DNA of 64,000 bases. It comes from Callorhinchus milii (Eukaryota). The stretch lies in the NCBI RefSeq assembly GCF_018977255.1, contig NW_024704743.1, forward strand, positions 50,284,001 to 50,348,000, written 5' to 3'. Positions within the stretch are counted from its first letter, which is position 1. Each line of letters starts with the position of its first letter. Shown here one piece after another: positions 11,898 to 24,122 of this stretch. The notes beneath the pieces are model-generated. The model was not told the DNA's origin. It ran no database searches and saw only the letters and a program-made list of their open reading frames with translations. A program made the position numbers and the translations under genes.

Positions 11898-12180
11898 CCA
11901 ACAAAAATTTACATTTATATAGCGCCTTTCACGTCAGAGGATGTCTCAAAGCACTTCACACAGCTGACTGGAAGCCCGAGCTGGGGTGCGAGGAACTGAG
12001 GGGGTGGGAGGTGATTGAAAGCACAGTGGAGAAGGTAGGTCTTAAGGTGATCTTTAAAGGTGGGCTGGCAGTGGCTGAGGCAGGGCGAAGGAAGGTTGAA
12101 GTTTCAGAGAGAAGGGGCAGAATGGTTGACAGCTTACCCACTGATGGTATGGCAGATTGAAGGAGGGACATAAAGCAAGC
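11898..12180 (-). mobile_element. L2 3' end
   Basis: tttatatagcgcctttcacgtcagaggatgtctcaaagcac followed by a purine-rich L2 3' region. Confidence 0.75.
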
Positions 12181-12739
12181 TGGTATCACACACATACCAC
12201 TCTGTTTGAAGATGCTCAAGCTGAATCGGTCCAACAGACTAGATTCCATTTGACGGTCCCTTACAATTTTTTCATCTCAGTTTTCTAATAAAGTCTCATT
12301 TTCTCCAAATGTCTCCACTCTGTACCACTTCACTTCAAGGTATTTTACTTCCATTGAAGTATAGTTCCTCAATCACTGGGTAATCTTTGGTACCTCGTTA
12401 AAGCACACTATTATTCATGTGTGAGGCATGAGAGTTAGTGATGACGTTGTATTTCACTAGTAGTGCCTTTAGTCACTGGCTCATCAAAAGGAGGCTAGAT
12501 CTTGTATTTATTATTTTTTAAATATCAGCATCTAATTTTTTAACACAATTTCTTAATAAGGAACACAAATGTAGACTCTTTGATCTGTAGGTCGTGCCAA
12601 CCCACGGAAACTCTTTTGTTTTAGTTTAGTTCCTGAGTAAAGATCCTACAGCATCAATAGGAATTCTAATAGGATTCCTTTTTAAGAAATATTACAAATT
12701 AGACCTCATTGCCTTTCACATGTTGCCTCCTTTGATATG

Positions 12740-13020
12740 ATGATCACAAGATCTCGAGAGGTACAGATGAAAAAGATCCTTTGGTCCATTTGATTTTATC
12801 CTTCCAGAATACTAAACTTACCATCTCATTACAGCATCAAGCTACTACTTCTTAAACACCAGTAGCCTGGCCTCAACTATTTTTTGTGGTAACATGTACA
12901 AGTTTTTGATTATCCTCCTTCATCAAGAAATACTTCCTGGTCCTTGTCCTAAAGTTGCCCTTCACAAGCTTGAACTTCTGACTTTTTGTTTTTTTCTGGC
13001 TTGGCATTGATGATCACTTG
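12740..13020 (-). mobile_element. Old CR1 3' fragment
   Basis: Similar to 13200-13480 (ccagaatact...cagcatcaagct). Confidence 0.6.
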
Positions 13021-13199
13021 TATGTATTTATTTTATATTATTCAGTTTGCTAGTCATTACTTTTTAATGTGTAAATTTGACCAAGGAAATGCTTTCACCT
13101 CTTAGCAACTGTAGCTATCACATAATCATTTTTTATACAGTATATATATAGTTTTATCTCCAATCACTTTACTTAAAGAAAGCAAATTAACTAGATCAT

Positions 13200-14380
13200 A
13201 GAAGAAAGGTTTGGGTGAAGACCATTTGTCCCACCTGGTCTCATCTTTTCAGAATACTCACTCTAATGTCCTACACTTGCAGCATCAAGCTGTTTTTTAA
13301 ATGAGTTCCGTGTCCTGGCTTCATCTACCCTTTCTGATCAATTTTTCTAGTCATTAATTACCCTCTGGATAAAGAAAGAGTGTCTGTTCTGAAATTACCC
13401 TTTGTAACTTAAAAACTGTGCCTATTGTTCTGCTGTCTCAACACATTTGAAAGTGTTGTTCTGTAATTAGTTTCTCAACTCCACTTAAAAATTGTATACC
13501 TTTTAAGCTCCCCTCTGAGAGGTCTCTTTTCAAAACTGAAGAGTGCTACCTTGTCTAATTGTTCCTCATAGCTCATTTCTCTAATTCTGGGAACCTCATT
13601 GCTCTCCACCGCACGGCTTCTATGGTCTGACCAGTCCTCTTATGCTGTGGTGACCAGAATTGTATGCAGTACTCTAGGTGCGGCCTGACGAGAGCACTAT
13701 AGAGCTTGAGTATGACTTCTGGGATAGTAATAATAATCCTTGTATTTGCTATTGTGTATTATCACATCGTTGAGACGTCTCAAAGCACTTCACAGAATAA
13801 ACTGTAAAGTGGATTGACTGTGTATATTGGGGGATATAAATCACCTGTTTTGCATTATAGCTTAGTATCCTATTTGCCTTGTCAATTCAACTAGCACCCC
13901 TCTATTTCTTTCAGTTACCTGCTTGTGAAGTTATATCACATCTATGGAGTACACCTACCTCCTATTCTTCTTATAAGCAGTATCTTGCACTTATCTGTAT
14001 TGAACTTTATTTGCAGTCATCAGGCCATGTGCAAACCCTATAAATCTCTTTTTGTGGGACCTTTGCTGCCTTGTCTGATTCGACAGTACCCAGTGACATG
14101 TTTATGAAGGATCTTTCCTGTGGTATTTTGTCAAATACCTTCTGAAAGTCCAGGTATACTGTCACAAGGCTTCCCACAGTCAATTTGGTGTGTCACCTCC
14201 TCAATATAAAGCTATGAGGTTGATCAGACAAGACCTACCCCTTCTGAAAATGTGCTAGCTCTCATCTATGAGATTGTTTTTAAACGGGTAATAGTCCATT
14301 TTCTTTCTGATGATGACTCCATATTTTTTCCAATTATTGAGGTAAGGTTAATTGACCTGTAGTTGCTAACTATGGTTCTA
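13200..14380 (-). mobile_element. Old CR1 LINE, interrupted by a SINE tail at about 13726-13835
   Basis: Reverse strand encodes LYSALVRPHLEYCIQFWSP, and further 5' YLDFQKVFDKIP. Confidence 0.8.
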
Positions 14381-15059
14381 TCAATGCAAGGATTATTATT
14401 ATTACCTTTCTTGTTCTTTCTTCCCGAATGATTGCGCACAATCAACTGAAGTTCTTGGAACTAAATTGATATGTAGCTTATGCCAGTAAAAATACAATTT
14501 GGTCCTGGCACTGAGACAAATATGTTTGCGCCAGCCACTGCCAGCAACTCATGCAAGACAGCTAGTCACACTATGTGCAGAGGCATGCCAGCTTCTTTAG
14601 TGCTCTGTTGTCTGATTCTCTCCTCTCCCACCAGTGCATAAGCAGGGATCATGCCATGTGTGTAACAGCTCACCTGATTGCTGGTACTATAGTGTTGGAG
14701 TCCAAGGACATTTTCAAGACACCAGTAATCACCACAAATGAGTTCTTGCACACGGTTAGACTACACTGACAAAAGTAACACATTTAGACAGGCATCAACC
14801 CTGTAATGTTATTTTATCTATTGTATCGGCTGTTATAAATTTGTTATTCCTTTCTTAGATTAAAATAAACTGGAATAAAAATACGAAAATTGAATTCAGG
14901 AAGATCCCACAGGAGATACAACATCTGCTGCTGGGTTAATGTACCAGCAAGCCAGTCAGTAAAGGCAGTGTTACAGCGATTCTTGGGAGCAAATTGATCT
15001 GACAATTCCAGGAACTGTGCCTGCAAGCAAATTGACAAATAATCTACCATTCTGCCGTA

Positions 15060-15427
15060 TGGAGTCCAGTAGCTCAGTGGTTAGAGCACTCGCCTCGCAA
15101 GCGAGAGACCTGGGTTCGATTCCCAGCAGAGCGAAATGTTGGGCAAGTTTTCTTTCTCCACATGCCTCTGTTTACCTAGCAGTAAGTAGGAACCCTGTTG
15201 TTAGTCAATTGGCGGATCACTTTTCCGGGGGTAATAAATAAATATTAATAAATTGGTCACTTCAATCCACGACTGTTTGTGGGATACTGCTGTGTGCAAT
15301 TGGCTGCCACGTTTCGACCACAAAATATAGAGTCAATTCATTTTACAGTATATTCTGTGAAGTGCTTTGAGACATCTTGAAGATGTGATAAAGCGCTATA
15401 TCAAATGCAAGGATTACTATTATTATT
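15060..15427 (+). mobile_element. tRNA-Ala-headed SINE, long form with a CORE-like segment
   Basis: A box tagctcagtgg and B box ggttcgattcc, then ttgggcaagttt...gcctctgtttacctagcagtaagtagg, a partial Deu segment and an L2-like tail. Confidence 0.9.
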
Positions 15428-16289
15428 CTTACTGTTATTATTATATATTGAAAATGCTTCCTACTTGCTGGAAATTTCTAAGTAAGGTATACGCCACCCG
15501 GTTTGTCTACTGGAATATCTGCCCCTTACTCAGCTCTTCCGTGATATGTTAATTAGTTTGAGGTCTATTCAAACATAAAAGTAGCTAAATCATTAATTTA
15601 CAGCTGGCTGAAGATACAATTATATTGTGTACGGACTAACAATGTAGCATGGGCGAGTTAAAAGGAATCAGTCGATTGGCCTAAGGAGCGATAGGAATAG
15701 CCTTATCTGGCACATCCCTCATCTTGGCTCTGGAATGATACGCAGAGTGCATCTGATAAATGGGACCATAGAGTATACAGTAAATCCCATTAACTTTCTA
15801 GACTCAAAGATACACAGATTGCATCTGATGAATGGAACCATTCTGTATCTGACACAAAATCTGAAGAAGAAATATTCCACTTAATTTAATGTTAATGTTG
15901 AATTACAGTTTCCACCCCATTACTACCATTATTTCTTTGAACTCAATGCTATAGTATAAATGGGCCAAAAAACTCAGTCAAATCTGATGAAACAACACCA
16001 ATAAAGGACTTAAAATGTTGAAAGCATTTAGCATCAGAAAATTTGTCTCAAATACTGAGCAGTGGAGTGAGGGAGTGGGAAACAAAATAGAAAATCCTTA
16101 ATGGTGTGGGCTTTACCCAAAATCGTAGAATAACTAACTCTGAAGCAGATCAAATGGATCTCATGGTTTTTCTCTGGTCTGTAATAAACTAAATAATCTA
16201 ATGGGGAGTGAGGGCAACACGCGACAAGACATTGACAGTGGGGATGGTCTATTGACCTCCTCCTCAATTTTCCTGAGGAGGTCAATTGT

Positions 16290-16450
16290 CGTCTGTTCTC
16301 TGCTCTATGTTCAGTGACTCGTGCTGGAAGTGCATGTGTTCGATTGCTGGATGAGGACCGGGATCAGCTGTGACAGACCCTATAGTTAATAGCCTGCTGA
16401 CACTCACTATCAAAGCTCGCACATGAAGAGTGGCCACTTGAGTAAGGTTT
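16290..16450 (+). mobile_element. Old SINE-like family X fragment
   Basis: cagtgactcgtgctggaagtgcatgtg...atagcctgctgacactcact...catgaagagtggccacttg. Confidence 0.6.
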
Positions 16451-17282
16451 GCAAACAAACAGATGGGCAGTATTTCATTGTAATATTGTAACTTCACTTG
16501 GGAAATTTCTTAATCTCTTTCCTATCAGAGAGATAGAGAGCAACAATGAGCCTAAATTTGATTTTATATCCCGTCTGGCATTCTCATTCTCCACATGTCA
16601 TTCGTCAAATGTACACCAATAATGTGCAAAAGAATACTATCTTTTCAAGACAACAGCAACTTACTCTTACGTAGTGCCTATTCATATAACATGGATGTTG
16701 TGAAGCTTTATATAGGGAGCACCGACAATTCATGACCTGTTTTTTATCCCTTACAGTTTAGCGAGTACGTGGCTGCTGCAGAAGAACAACATATTCTGTG
16801 AAGCGCTTTGAGACATTCAATGATGTGATAAGGCATTGTATCAAATGCAATGATTGTTATTATTATAAGTCAGCATGACAAAGAGATGCAAGGATTATCA
16901 TAGTTGTAGAAGGAACCCAAAAAAAACTTTATAGTAAACAGTGTTTTTGTGCTCCATATCTTCTCTTGCTCATAATGAAATGATTTTAGCTTCACAGATT
17001 TAGATCAGCTCTGGAGAATAGTTGACACGGAACAGACAGGGAAAGCCATTTGAAACAGCACATTGAACAGAGAGCAGAATGATTTAATATTGCTGCACGG
17101 AGGGCAGAATCTTACCTGAATTGTTTCTATGCTTCATCTAACTTATTATCGGATGGCATTCTTTAATACCAGTTAGTGTGCAATGTTAATATCAGTAGTT
17201 GCATAACAACAACAACTTGCATTTATATGGTTCCCCTCATGCAGGGTAGTGTTCCAGAGCATACTTTGCTAATGTGCTCCTT

Positions 17283-17800
17283 TAGAATCATAGAATTATA
17301 TAGCACAGAAGGAGGCCATTCGGCCCTTTGTGTCTGTGCCAGCTCTTTTAAAAAAGCCGTCCAAATCAATCCCAGTCCCCCGCTGTCTCCCCATAGCCCT
17401 GCAAATGTGTCCTCCCCAAATAATTATCTACTTCTCTCTTAAAAGTTGTTATCGAATTGGCTTCCACCACTCTTTCAGGCAATGCATTCCAGATCTGAAC
17501 AATTCGCTGTGTGAAAAAAATTCTTATCAACTCTACTCTGTTTCTTTTAACAACTATTTTAAATCAGTGTCCTCAGAATACCGATCCACCCACCAGTGGA
17601 AATAGTTTCTCCTTGTTCACCCTATTGAATCCCCTCATATGTTTGAAAACTTCTATTAAGACTCCTCTTAACCTTCTCTGCTCCAAGGAGAATAACCCAA
17701 GCTTCTCTAGCCTCTTCTCATAACTGAAGTCCCTTATTCCTGGTACAATCCTGATAAATCTCCTTTGCACCCTCTCCCATGCCTTGACATCCTTCCTAAA
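17283..17800 (-). mobile_element. CR1 LINE 3' end with (ATTCTATG)n tail
   Basis: ORF 17573..17770 reads QRRFIRIVPGIRDFSYEKRLEKLGLFSLEQRRLRGVLIEVFK. Confidence 0.9.
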
Positions 17801-18298
17801 GCTTGCAGTTATCCATGTTAAGATGGATCACAGCTGGTTCTTATAGTTATCCTCATGTTAATCATATCTGTAAGTGTATTCTTACACTAATCTGCATATA
17901 ATTTAAAATAAATTCACTTTGTTTATTGGGGCTTAATATGATGTGTAAGGTGTCTCTGAAGTGAGCTGGGGAACTGCTTCTTTGATAGCTCTTATCAGTG
18001 CTATCATGTATTTGGAAGAACTCCTGGTTGAGATATTCAGTCCCATTTGAGTTGCTTTGTGTAGCAGGGTTTTAGAGCCAATATTTCAATTTCAACAGAA
18101 AATAATTAAATTTTGACATAAATCAAATCATTCCCCGTACCAACTGACACTTGCAGTATTTGTGGTTTGAATCCCCTGTGGAGTTAAATACAATCTGATT
18201 GACTGTTACACATGGTAGAGCTGGAAGCTTGGGTAAAAAATAAGCAGTGCACTTATGATAATTAAACCATTATGTTCTCCGTTTTGCCCCCCAGATTA

Positions 18299-18629
18299 CA
18301 ATAAACTCCTGATAACTCGTCACTCCAAGGGAAAAGAGCTCAGTGATGCGTTATGTGTAAATGGCGAGTTAGGCATATAGAATCATAGAATTATACAGTA
18401 CAGAAGGAGGCCATTCGGCCCATCGTGTCTGTGCTGGCTCTTTGAAAGAGCCATCTAAATGAATCCCACTCCCGTGCTCTCTCCCCATAGCCCTGCAAAA
18501 TTTGTCCTCCTCAAATATCTATCTACTATATTTATCAATACATAACTAAATGTAGCCGGAATATTGACAGCCTGATGATTTAAATGGCAGTGACAAGTTA
18601 AGCAGGGTCGAGTTATCAGGCATTTACTG
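18299..18629. mobile_element. Tigger/pogo-like MITE, interrupted by a CR1 tail
   Basis: TA|CAATAAACTCCTGATAACTCG ... CGAGTTATCAGGCATTTACTG|TA gives 21-bp TIRs matching at 18/21, with a TA target-site duplication. Confidence 0.75.
18377..18525 (-). mobile_element. CR1 3' tail inside the MITE
   Basis: tagaatcatagaattatacagtacagaaggaggccattcggccc, the same family as 17283 and 46812. Confidence 0.85.
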
Positions 18630-18644
18630 TATTTAAAGTTGTGT

Positions 18645-19110
18645 ATCACCCTGGCTTATTTTGTAGCACTCTTGTCTCTGAGTCAAAAGTTTGTGAATTC
18701 AAGCCCCACATCGGTATTTTGTACTCACGTAGCCTAGATTGACGCTCCAATGCAGAGCTGGGGATACGATTCTTTATTGGTGCTGTCTTTCGGATGAGAC
18801 ATTAAACCAAAGATCATGTTCAAGTGTACTTTAAAAATCTCTTGTCACTAACCAAAAAGAGAAGGAAGTTTCTCCCAGTGTCCCATCCAACAATCCCCCA
18901 AATAAAATTGGTCATTCACTTCATGGTTGTTTGTGAGTCATTCATGTGCCCAAATGGGCTGGCACAGTCACTTACAAATAAACACTCACTACAATTTAGT
19001 ATATCGTGTGAAGTGCTTTAGTATATCGTGTGAACTGGTCCGAACCTACAAGTGCCACTAAGTGAAAGTGGCAATAACAAATTAAGGATTATTATTATTT
19101 TTATTATTAT
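18645..19110 (+). mobile_element. DeuSINE-type SINE
   Basis: Head, Deu core and (TTA)n tail are present, with an internal duplication of tttagtatatcgtgtgaa. Confidence 0.8.
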
Positions 19111-19361
19111 GTCACGTCATCTTTATACATTGAGGTAGCTGACCATATTATATTAGTGCTGTGAAGGAAGATGGACTTTGCAATGATCAACATGCAATGT
19201 CTGGTAACAGAATGCAAAGCAATATCAAAATATCTATCTCAAGATTGGTTTCTGTCTATACTGTACCAAATAAACATTCCAGATCTTTCCTGCTGAGACG
19301 ATTGCTGAGGTCTATGTAAATGCATATAATTGTGAGAAAGAAGCCAAACATTGTGGACTAA

Positions 19362-20115
19362 GTAAGTTTGGCACAACGAGTAGTATTCTTGCCTGTGCAT
19401 CAGAAGTTTTTAATTCAAGCCCCATGTGTTTTATGCTTACTTATGTGGCTTGTTAGGAGTTCCTTGCTACTGTCCATTTAGTAAGGACCCAAACCTGTGT
19501 TTGTCACATGTCAAATGATGCACAAGTGAATATTTTCCTTGGAGGACAATAGCTGATTTGGGGGTTAGCGGCAAGATATCTGGCAACAGAATATTGGAAT
19601 TGAGTCAATCCTTTGTGGCAGTCTCAGCAGCTCGGTTCCTGAGCCAGGCAGGTCCACCGGACCCAAAGGCACTCTTATATGTAAGAGACTATTAATAAGA
19701 GAGCTTGGAGACTATTAAGCATGATGATAGGTTTCTGCATGTGTTAGGCACCAGGCTGCCAAAATGAAAGCCTTGTGTCAGGATTTGAGCTCACAGTCTA
19801 GGCTGACTCTCCAATACGCCACTGTACAATACACTGTTCTCCAATACTGGGAGAGAACTGCATAGATAGAGTTGCTGTCCTTCGGATGAAAGGATAAATT
19901 GAGATCCTGTCTGGCTGCGCAATTGACAGTTCAAGTGTCCTGGCCAATCCTGTCTAGTTTAATTAGTAACGTATGACGATTTGCATGCAAATTAGCTACC
20001 TTGTTTGCCTAGAAGTATATAGCCACTACAATTGACAGTAATTTGCCTGTAGAGCACATTGCGAATGTTTTGACGTTACAGGCACTACGTTAAAAGCAAA
20101 AAATCTCATTATTAT
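19362..20115 (+). mobile_element. DeuSINE-type SINE split by an insert of about 345 bp (19430-19773)
   Basis: The head stops at tcaagccccatgtg and the element resumes at gtcaggatttgagctcacagtctaggctgac. Confidence 0.65.
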
Positions 20116-20723
20116 TCCTCAGAAAAAGCAAGTAATTGATGACTACAATTCTAACCACTTCCCATGTGAGCAATCCTTATTGTAGCTGCCAGTTGTTCCA
20201 AGTAATAGATTATACCAATTTCTGAACTACAATATGAATTCCTTAGATCTGAGGGAAGTTTAAGGAGCCTATTTAGAATATGGGATGCTTTTGATATAAC
20301 ACATTTAAATTATCAAGATGGCAAATCTCTTGTTGATAAATGAACACAAAAAAATTTATCTTGAGATTATTTGTTGGTGATGAAACAGGAATACACTTGG
20401 GATTCAATATGGCACAGCTGCATTGGGCATAGATCTTTTGTTTTGCGTATAGATCTACATCTGTGTTAAACTCTGCTAAATGAATAGACTGTGGCACTGT
20501 AGCTCTGCAGCTATAGCTTCCAATGGCAATACCGACCATCAAATGATCCTCCTCCCACTCCCAGGCTGATGTTTTGATGTTCCTATCTTTCCTGATTTGG
20601 AATTTCAAGATCAACTCCACGAAAAAGATTTTGAATAATCCAGCATAAAAACTACTGAAAAATCTAATTAAATGGAGATCTCCCATCCAAGTTGTGAATC
20701 AGATCAATGAGTTCCATTTATAG

Positions 20724-20920
20724 TACTGGTGGTCAACCTGTGGCCGTGGGCCGGAAGTGGCTGTCAAGAAGTGGCCTCTTAGAATGTAAGTCCATGTTTG
20801 ATCACTAGTGCGCTTTCAGTTTTTTGTAGATTGAATATAAATTGATTTATGGCAAAAATCAAGAAATATTCAATCAAGAAAATGTATTTTGTTGGCCAAC
20901 CATAAAGGTTGATATTACTG
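20724..20920. mobile_element. Degenerate hAT (Charlie-like) MITE
   Basis: Starts tactggtggtcaacctgtggccgtgggcc and ends aggttgatattactg. Flanking 8-mers atttatag and ctttatac match at 6/8. Confidence 0.5.
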
Positions 20921-21127
20921 CTTTATACAAAGCTTTTGTTTCACTGTCTCCACTATCCTGCGCCATGGGATGTCCTCCCGACATAAAAGGTGCTATATAA
21001 ATATAATTAATTGTACGTGTTGTTGTTGTTTGCTGAATTTTAGAGTATTTGTCCAACCTCTGCACAGTCTGTTCATGTTCTTGTTTCCTCACATTCTTAA
21101 ATAAAAGCTCAAGTGTCTATTAGCAAG

Positions 21128-21447
21128 TGGAGTCTTGTAGCTTAGCTTTTAGAGCCTAGCGTCGAAAATGAGAGGACCAGGATTTGATTCCTAGCAGGGT
21201 GAAATGTTAGGCAAGTTTCCTTACTTCATACGTCACTGTTAACCTAGCAGTAAGCAGGAACCCGATTGTTAGTCTATTGACGGATCACTTTTCCGTGGGG
21301 GATAATCCCTTTTGCGCAATTGACTGCCGGGTTTCTTGCACAAAATATACAGTCAATTCATTTTACAGTATATTCTGTGAAGCGCTTTAAGACGTCTCAA
21401 AGACATGTTAAGGCACTATATCAAATGCAAGAATTAATATTATTACT
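21128..21447 (+). mobile_element. tRNA-Ala-headed SINE, long form, diverged
   Basis: Head tggagtcttgtagc, segment cctagcagtaagcaggaacc, and a SINE tail. Confidence 0.85.
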
Positions 21448-22599
21448 GTACATTCACATTTCTCAAGTTAAGTCAATTTGGAAAAGCGATACATATATAA
21501 ATCTATAGCTAAATCAACTGTATCTAAATACATATCTACATCGATAGACACTCATATTTACAGCAACTTTACCTTTATATAGTGCCTTTCACTCAACAGA
21601 GCTGATTGGGAGCCCAAGCTAGGGATAGGGGGAGATCAGGAAGTTGTGTGGTGTGTGTGTGTTTGTGTGGTGTGGGGGTGGTTGACCAAATGCACAGTTG
21701 AAATCAGATCCATATCATTATCAATGTACACATCTACATAAGATCCATGGCTACATCCAACAATACCTACATACAATTATTAGTGTCAGTCAACCTCAGT
21801 TATAAATGTCCACCTGGTCAGAATGTGCTGAATTCAAGCCTCATATCAAGCATCTGTCAAATGCAAGGATTATTATTTATTATAGCTATATCTACACAGA
21901 ATTTAAAGTCAAATTTAAAGTCTTGCTAAACAGACTGAAACAAAAATTAATGTTACCATAAATCTGTTTGTGGAACATTGCTGTGAGCAAATCGGCTGCA
22001 TGGTCACCCACAAACTACACTTCATGGTAAATGTTGTGATGGCCTTTGAGACGTCCTCCTGATGTGAAAGACGCTATACCATATACAAGTATTATTATTA
22101 TTATTATTATTATGAATATTAATCCAGTTCTGGCAGTGTTAGAACTTGCCTTCGCTGCCAATCTTTTGATAGTTATAGTCTCAACAGCTGATCCTGATCC
22201 AATAGTAGAGAGACAGATTTTTTGCTATATTTTCTATCATATTGATTTGTTCCAAGCAATATACTTTGACTGGATCTATATGAAGGTGTGATGGTATGGA
22301 TGCCTCTCAGAAAATGCCATCTCCTCACACTGTATTTTTCGTGCTCTTTACACTTAGTTTTGGAGAGCAGTGATCTATTTGCTCTAATGTTTGAATGCTG
22401 CCTTGATCCCAGTCATTTTAACACAGCAGGTGGTTAGAAATTTATTTATTGTAGACATTGTACCGTTATGTAAACTGTCAGTAAAAATGCTGGTACTGAT
22501 GCCATCCCATGGATTCAGTACTAACAAGTCATACAAAAGTTGCAAAAATAGATACACAGAATTTATAATATCCAACTATAGAGTAATGGAATATTTTAA

Positions 22600-22975
22600 T
22601 ACCAAATTGTATCACCAAGGCTGACACCTAGTCCTACTGCTATTTAACTAGCACTTGAATAAGGTATATTGTGCTATTGGAGTGCAAGACTTGTAGCTTG
22701 TATAAGCCTGGATCAACAGCGTAGGCAGCCTCTTCAACTATATGGAATGTTTGAAGCTGAGCCCAATCTTATTCTCATGCATATCTACACACGCCCACTT
22801 TCCAGTGTGGGCGGGGAATTGTCACTGGATAGCAACTGAGCTTGAAATATCCGGCTTTTTTTTTCTATAAGCCAAAGAACACTGGGCTCACTTGTAAAGC
22901 TTCAGCCACCAGCATAATAGTGATCAGATAACAATTTAGAATTTTCCAGCCATGTATGGTTCAGCTTCAGTACAG
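22600..22975 (-). mobile_element. Old SINE-like family X copy
   Basis: gtaggcagcctcttcaacta...cactttccag...tcactggatagcaa. Confidence 0.55.
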
Positions 22976-23045
22976 GCAACAACAACAAAGTACATTTATA
23001 TAGCACCTTTCATGTCGGGAGGATCTCCCAAGGTGCTGAACAGTC
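22975..23045 (-). mobile_element. Isolated L2 3' tail
   Basis: (CAA)n followed by agtacatttatatagcacctttcatgtcgggaggatctcccaaggtgct. Confidence 0.8.
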
Positions 23046-23049
23046 AAGC

Positions 23050-24122
23050 ATTTGCATGAGAGCCTCCTTGTCCTCTGCCTCCTTGTTCTCCTGGACCTCT
23101 TCGTATTGTTCGACACAGTTGATCACGCCATCCTCCTCCACCGCCTTTCCTCCGTCATCCACCTCAGTGGGACTGCACTCGCCTGGTTCAAATCCTACCT
23201 CACAAACCGCCAGCAGTACATCTGCACAAACGGCTTCTCCTCCCACTCTCACCCGGTGACCTGCGGGATACCCCAAGGATCCATCCTTGGCCTCCTCCTC
23301 TTTCTGATCTACATGCTCCCTCTTGGGGATGTCATCCCCAGACATGGGGTACATTTCCACATGTACGCCGATGACACCCAACTCTATTTTTCCACCTCTC
23401 TTTGCGACCCCCAGTCCCCTGATATTCTGTCAGCCTGCCCGTCAGACCTCAGGGGCTGGATGAGCGCAATTTTTTTCAGCTGAACGTTGACAAGACGGAA
23501 GCCATACTCTTTGGCTCTTGTTAAAATCTAAAATCTCAGGGCTCTCACCTCCTCCACCTACCCGACCTCTCCCTAAAACTCTCCGAACCCATACGCAATC
23601 TAGGCGTCAGGTTTGACCGCCAATTATCCTTCCTCCCTCACATCCGGTCCCTCACCAGCACCGCCTTCTACCACCTCCGACACATCACCCATCTCCGCCA
23701 ATACCTCTCTCCTAAAGCCGCTGAAACCCTAGTCCATGCCTTTGTCACCTCTCGGCTGGAATATTCTAATGCTCTCCTCGCCAGTCTCCCCTCGAATACC
23801 ATCCATAAAATCCAGATCATTCAAAACTCTGCCACCCGCATTCTTACCCGTACCAAACTCCGCTCTCCGATTACCCCAGTCCTTGTCAGATTGCATTGGC
23901 TGCCTGTCCCAGAGAGGATCGACTTCAAGATCTTCACGCTTGAATTCAAATCCCTCCACTCCTCTGCACCCCCCTACCTCTCTGACCTCCTCTCTCCTCA
24001 AAACAGTACCCGTTGCCTTCGTTCCTCTGGGTCTGGCCTCCTCCTCGTCCCCCGAGTCCTCTGCTCCACCCTCGGTGGCCGCGCCTTCAGCCACTATGCC
24101 CCGAGGCTCTGGAACTCCCTTC
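23050..24122 (+). mobile_element. L2 LINE, RT domain to near the 3' end
   Basis: Encodes LLDL--LFDTVDH, GIPQGSILG, HMYADDTQLY, LHWLPVPERIDFKI and APRLWNSL. Cut at its 3' side by a CR1. Confidence 0.93.

Noticed and set aside
15737..15841. CRISPR-like repeat-spacer-repeat
   Set aside because: There are only two imperfect repeats, no cas genes, and the context is vertebrate.
20273..20686. 137-aa ORF
   Set aside because: It is AT-rich with no recognisable motif or splice support, consistent with a chance ORF.
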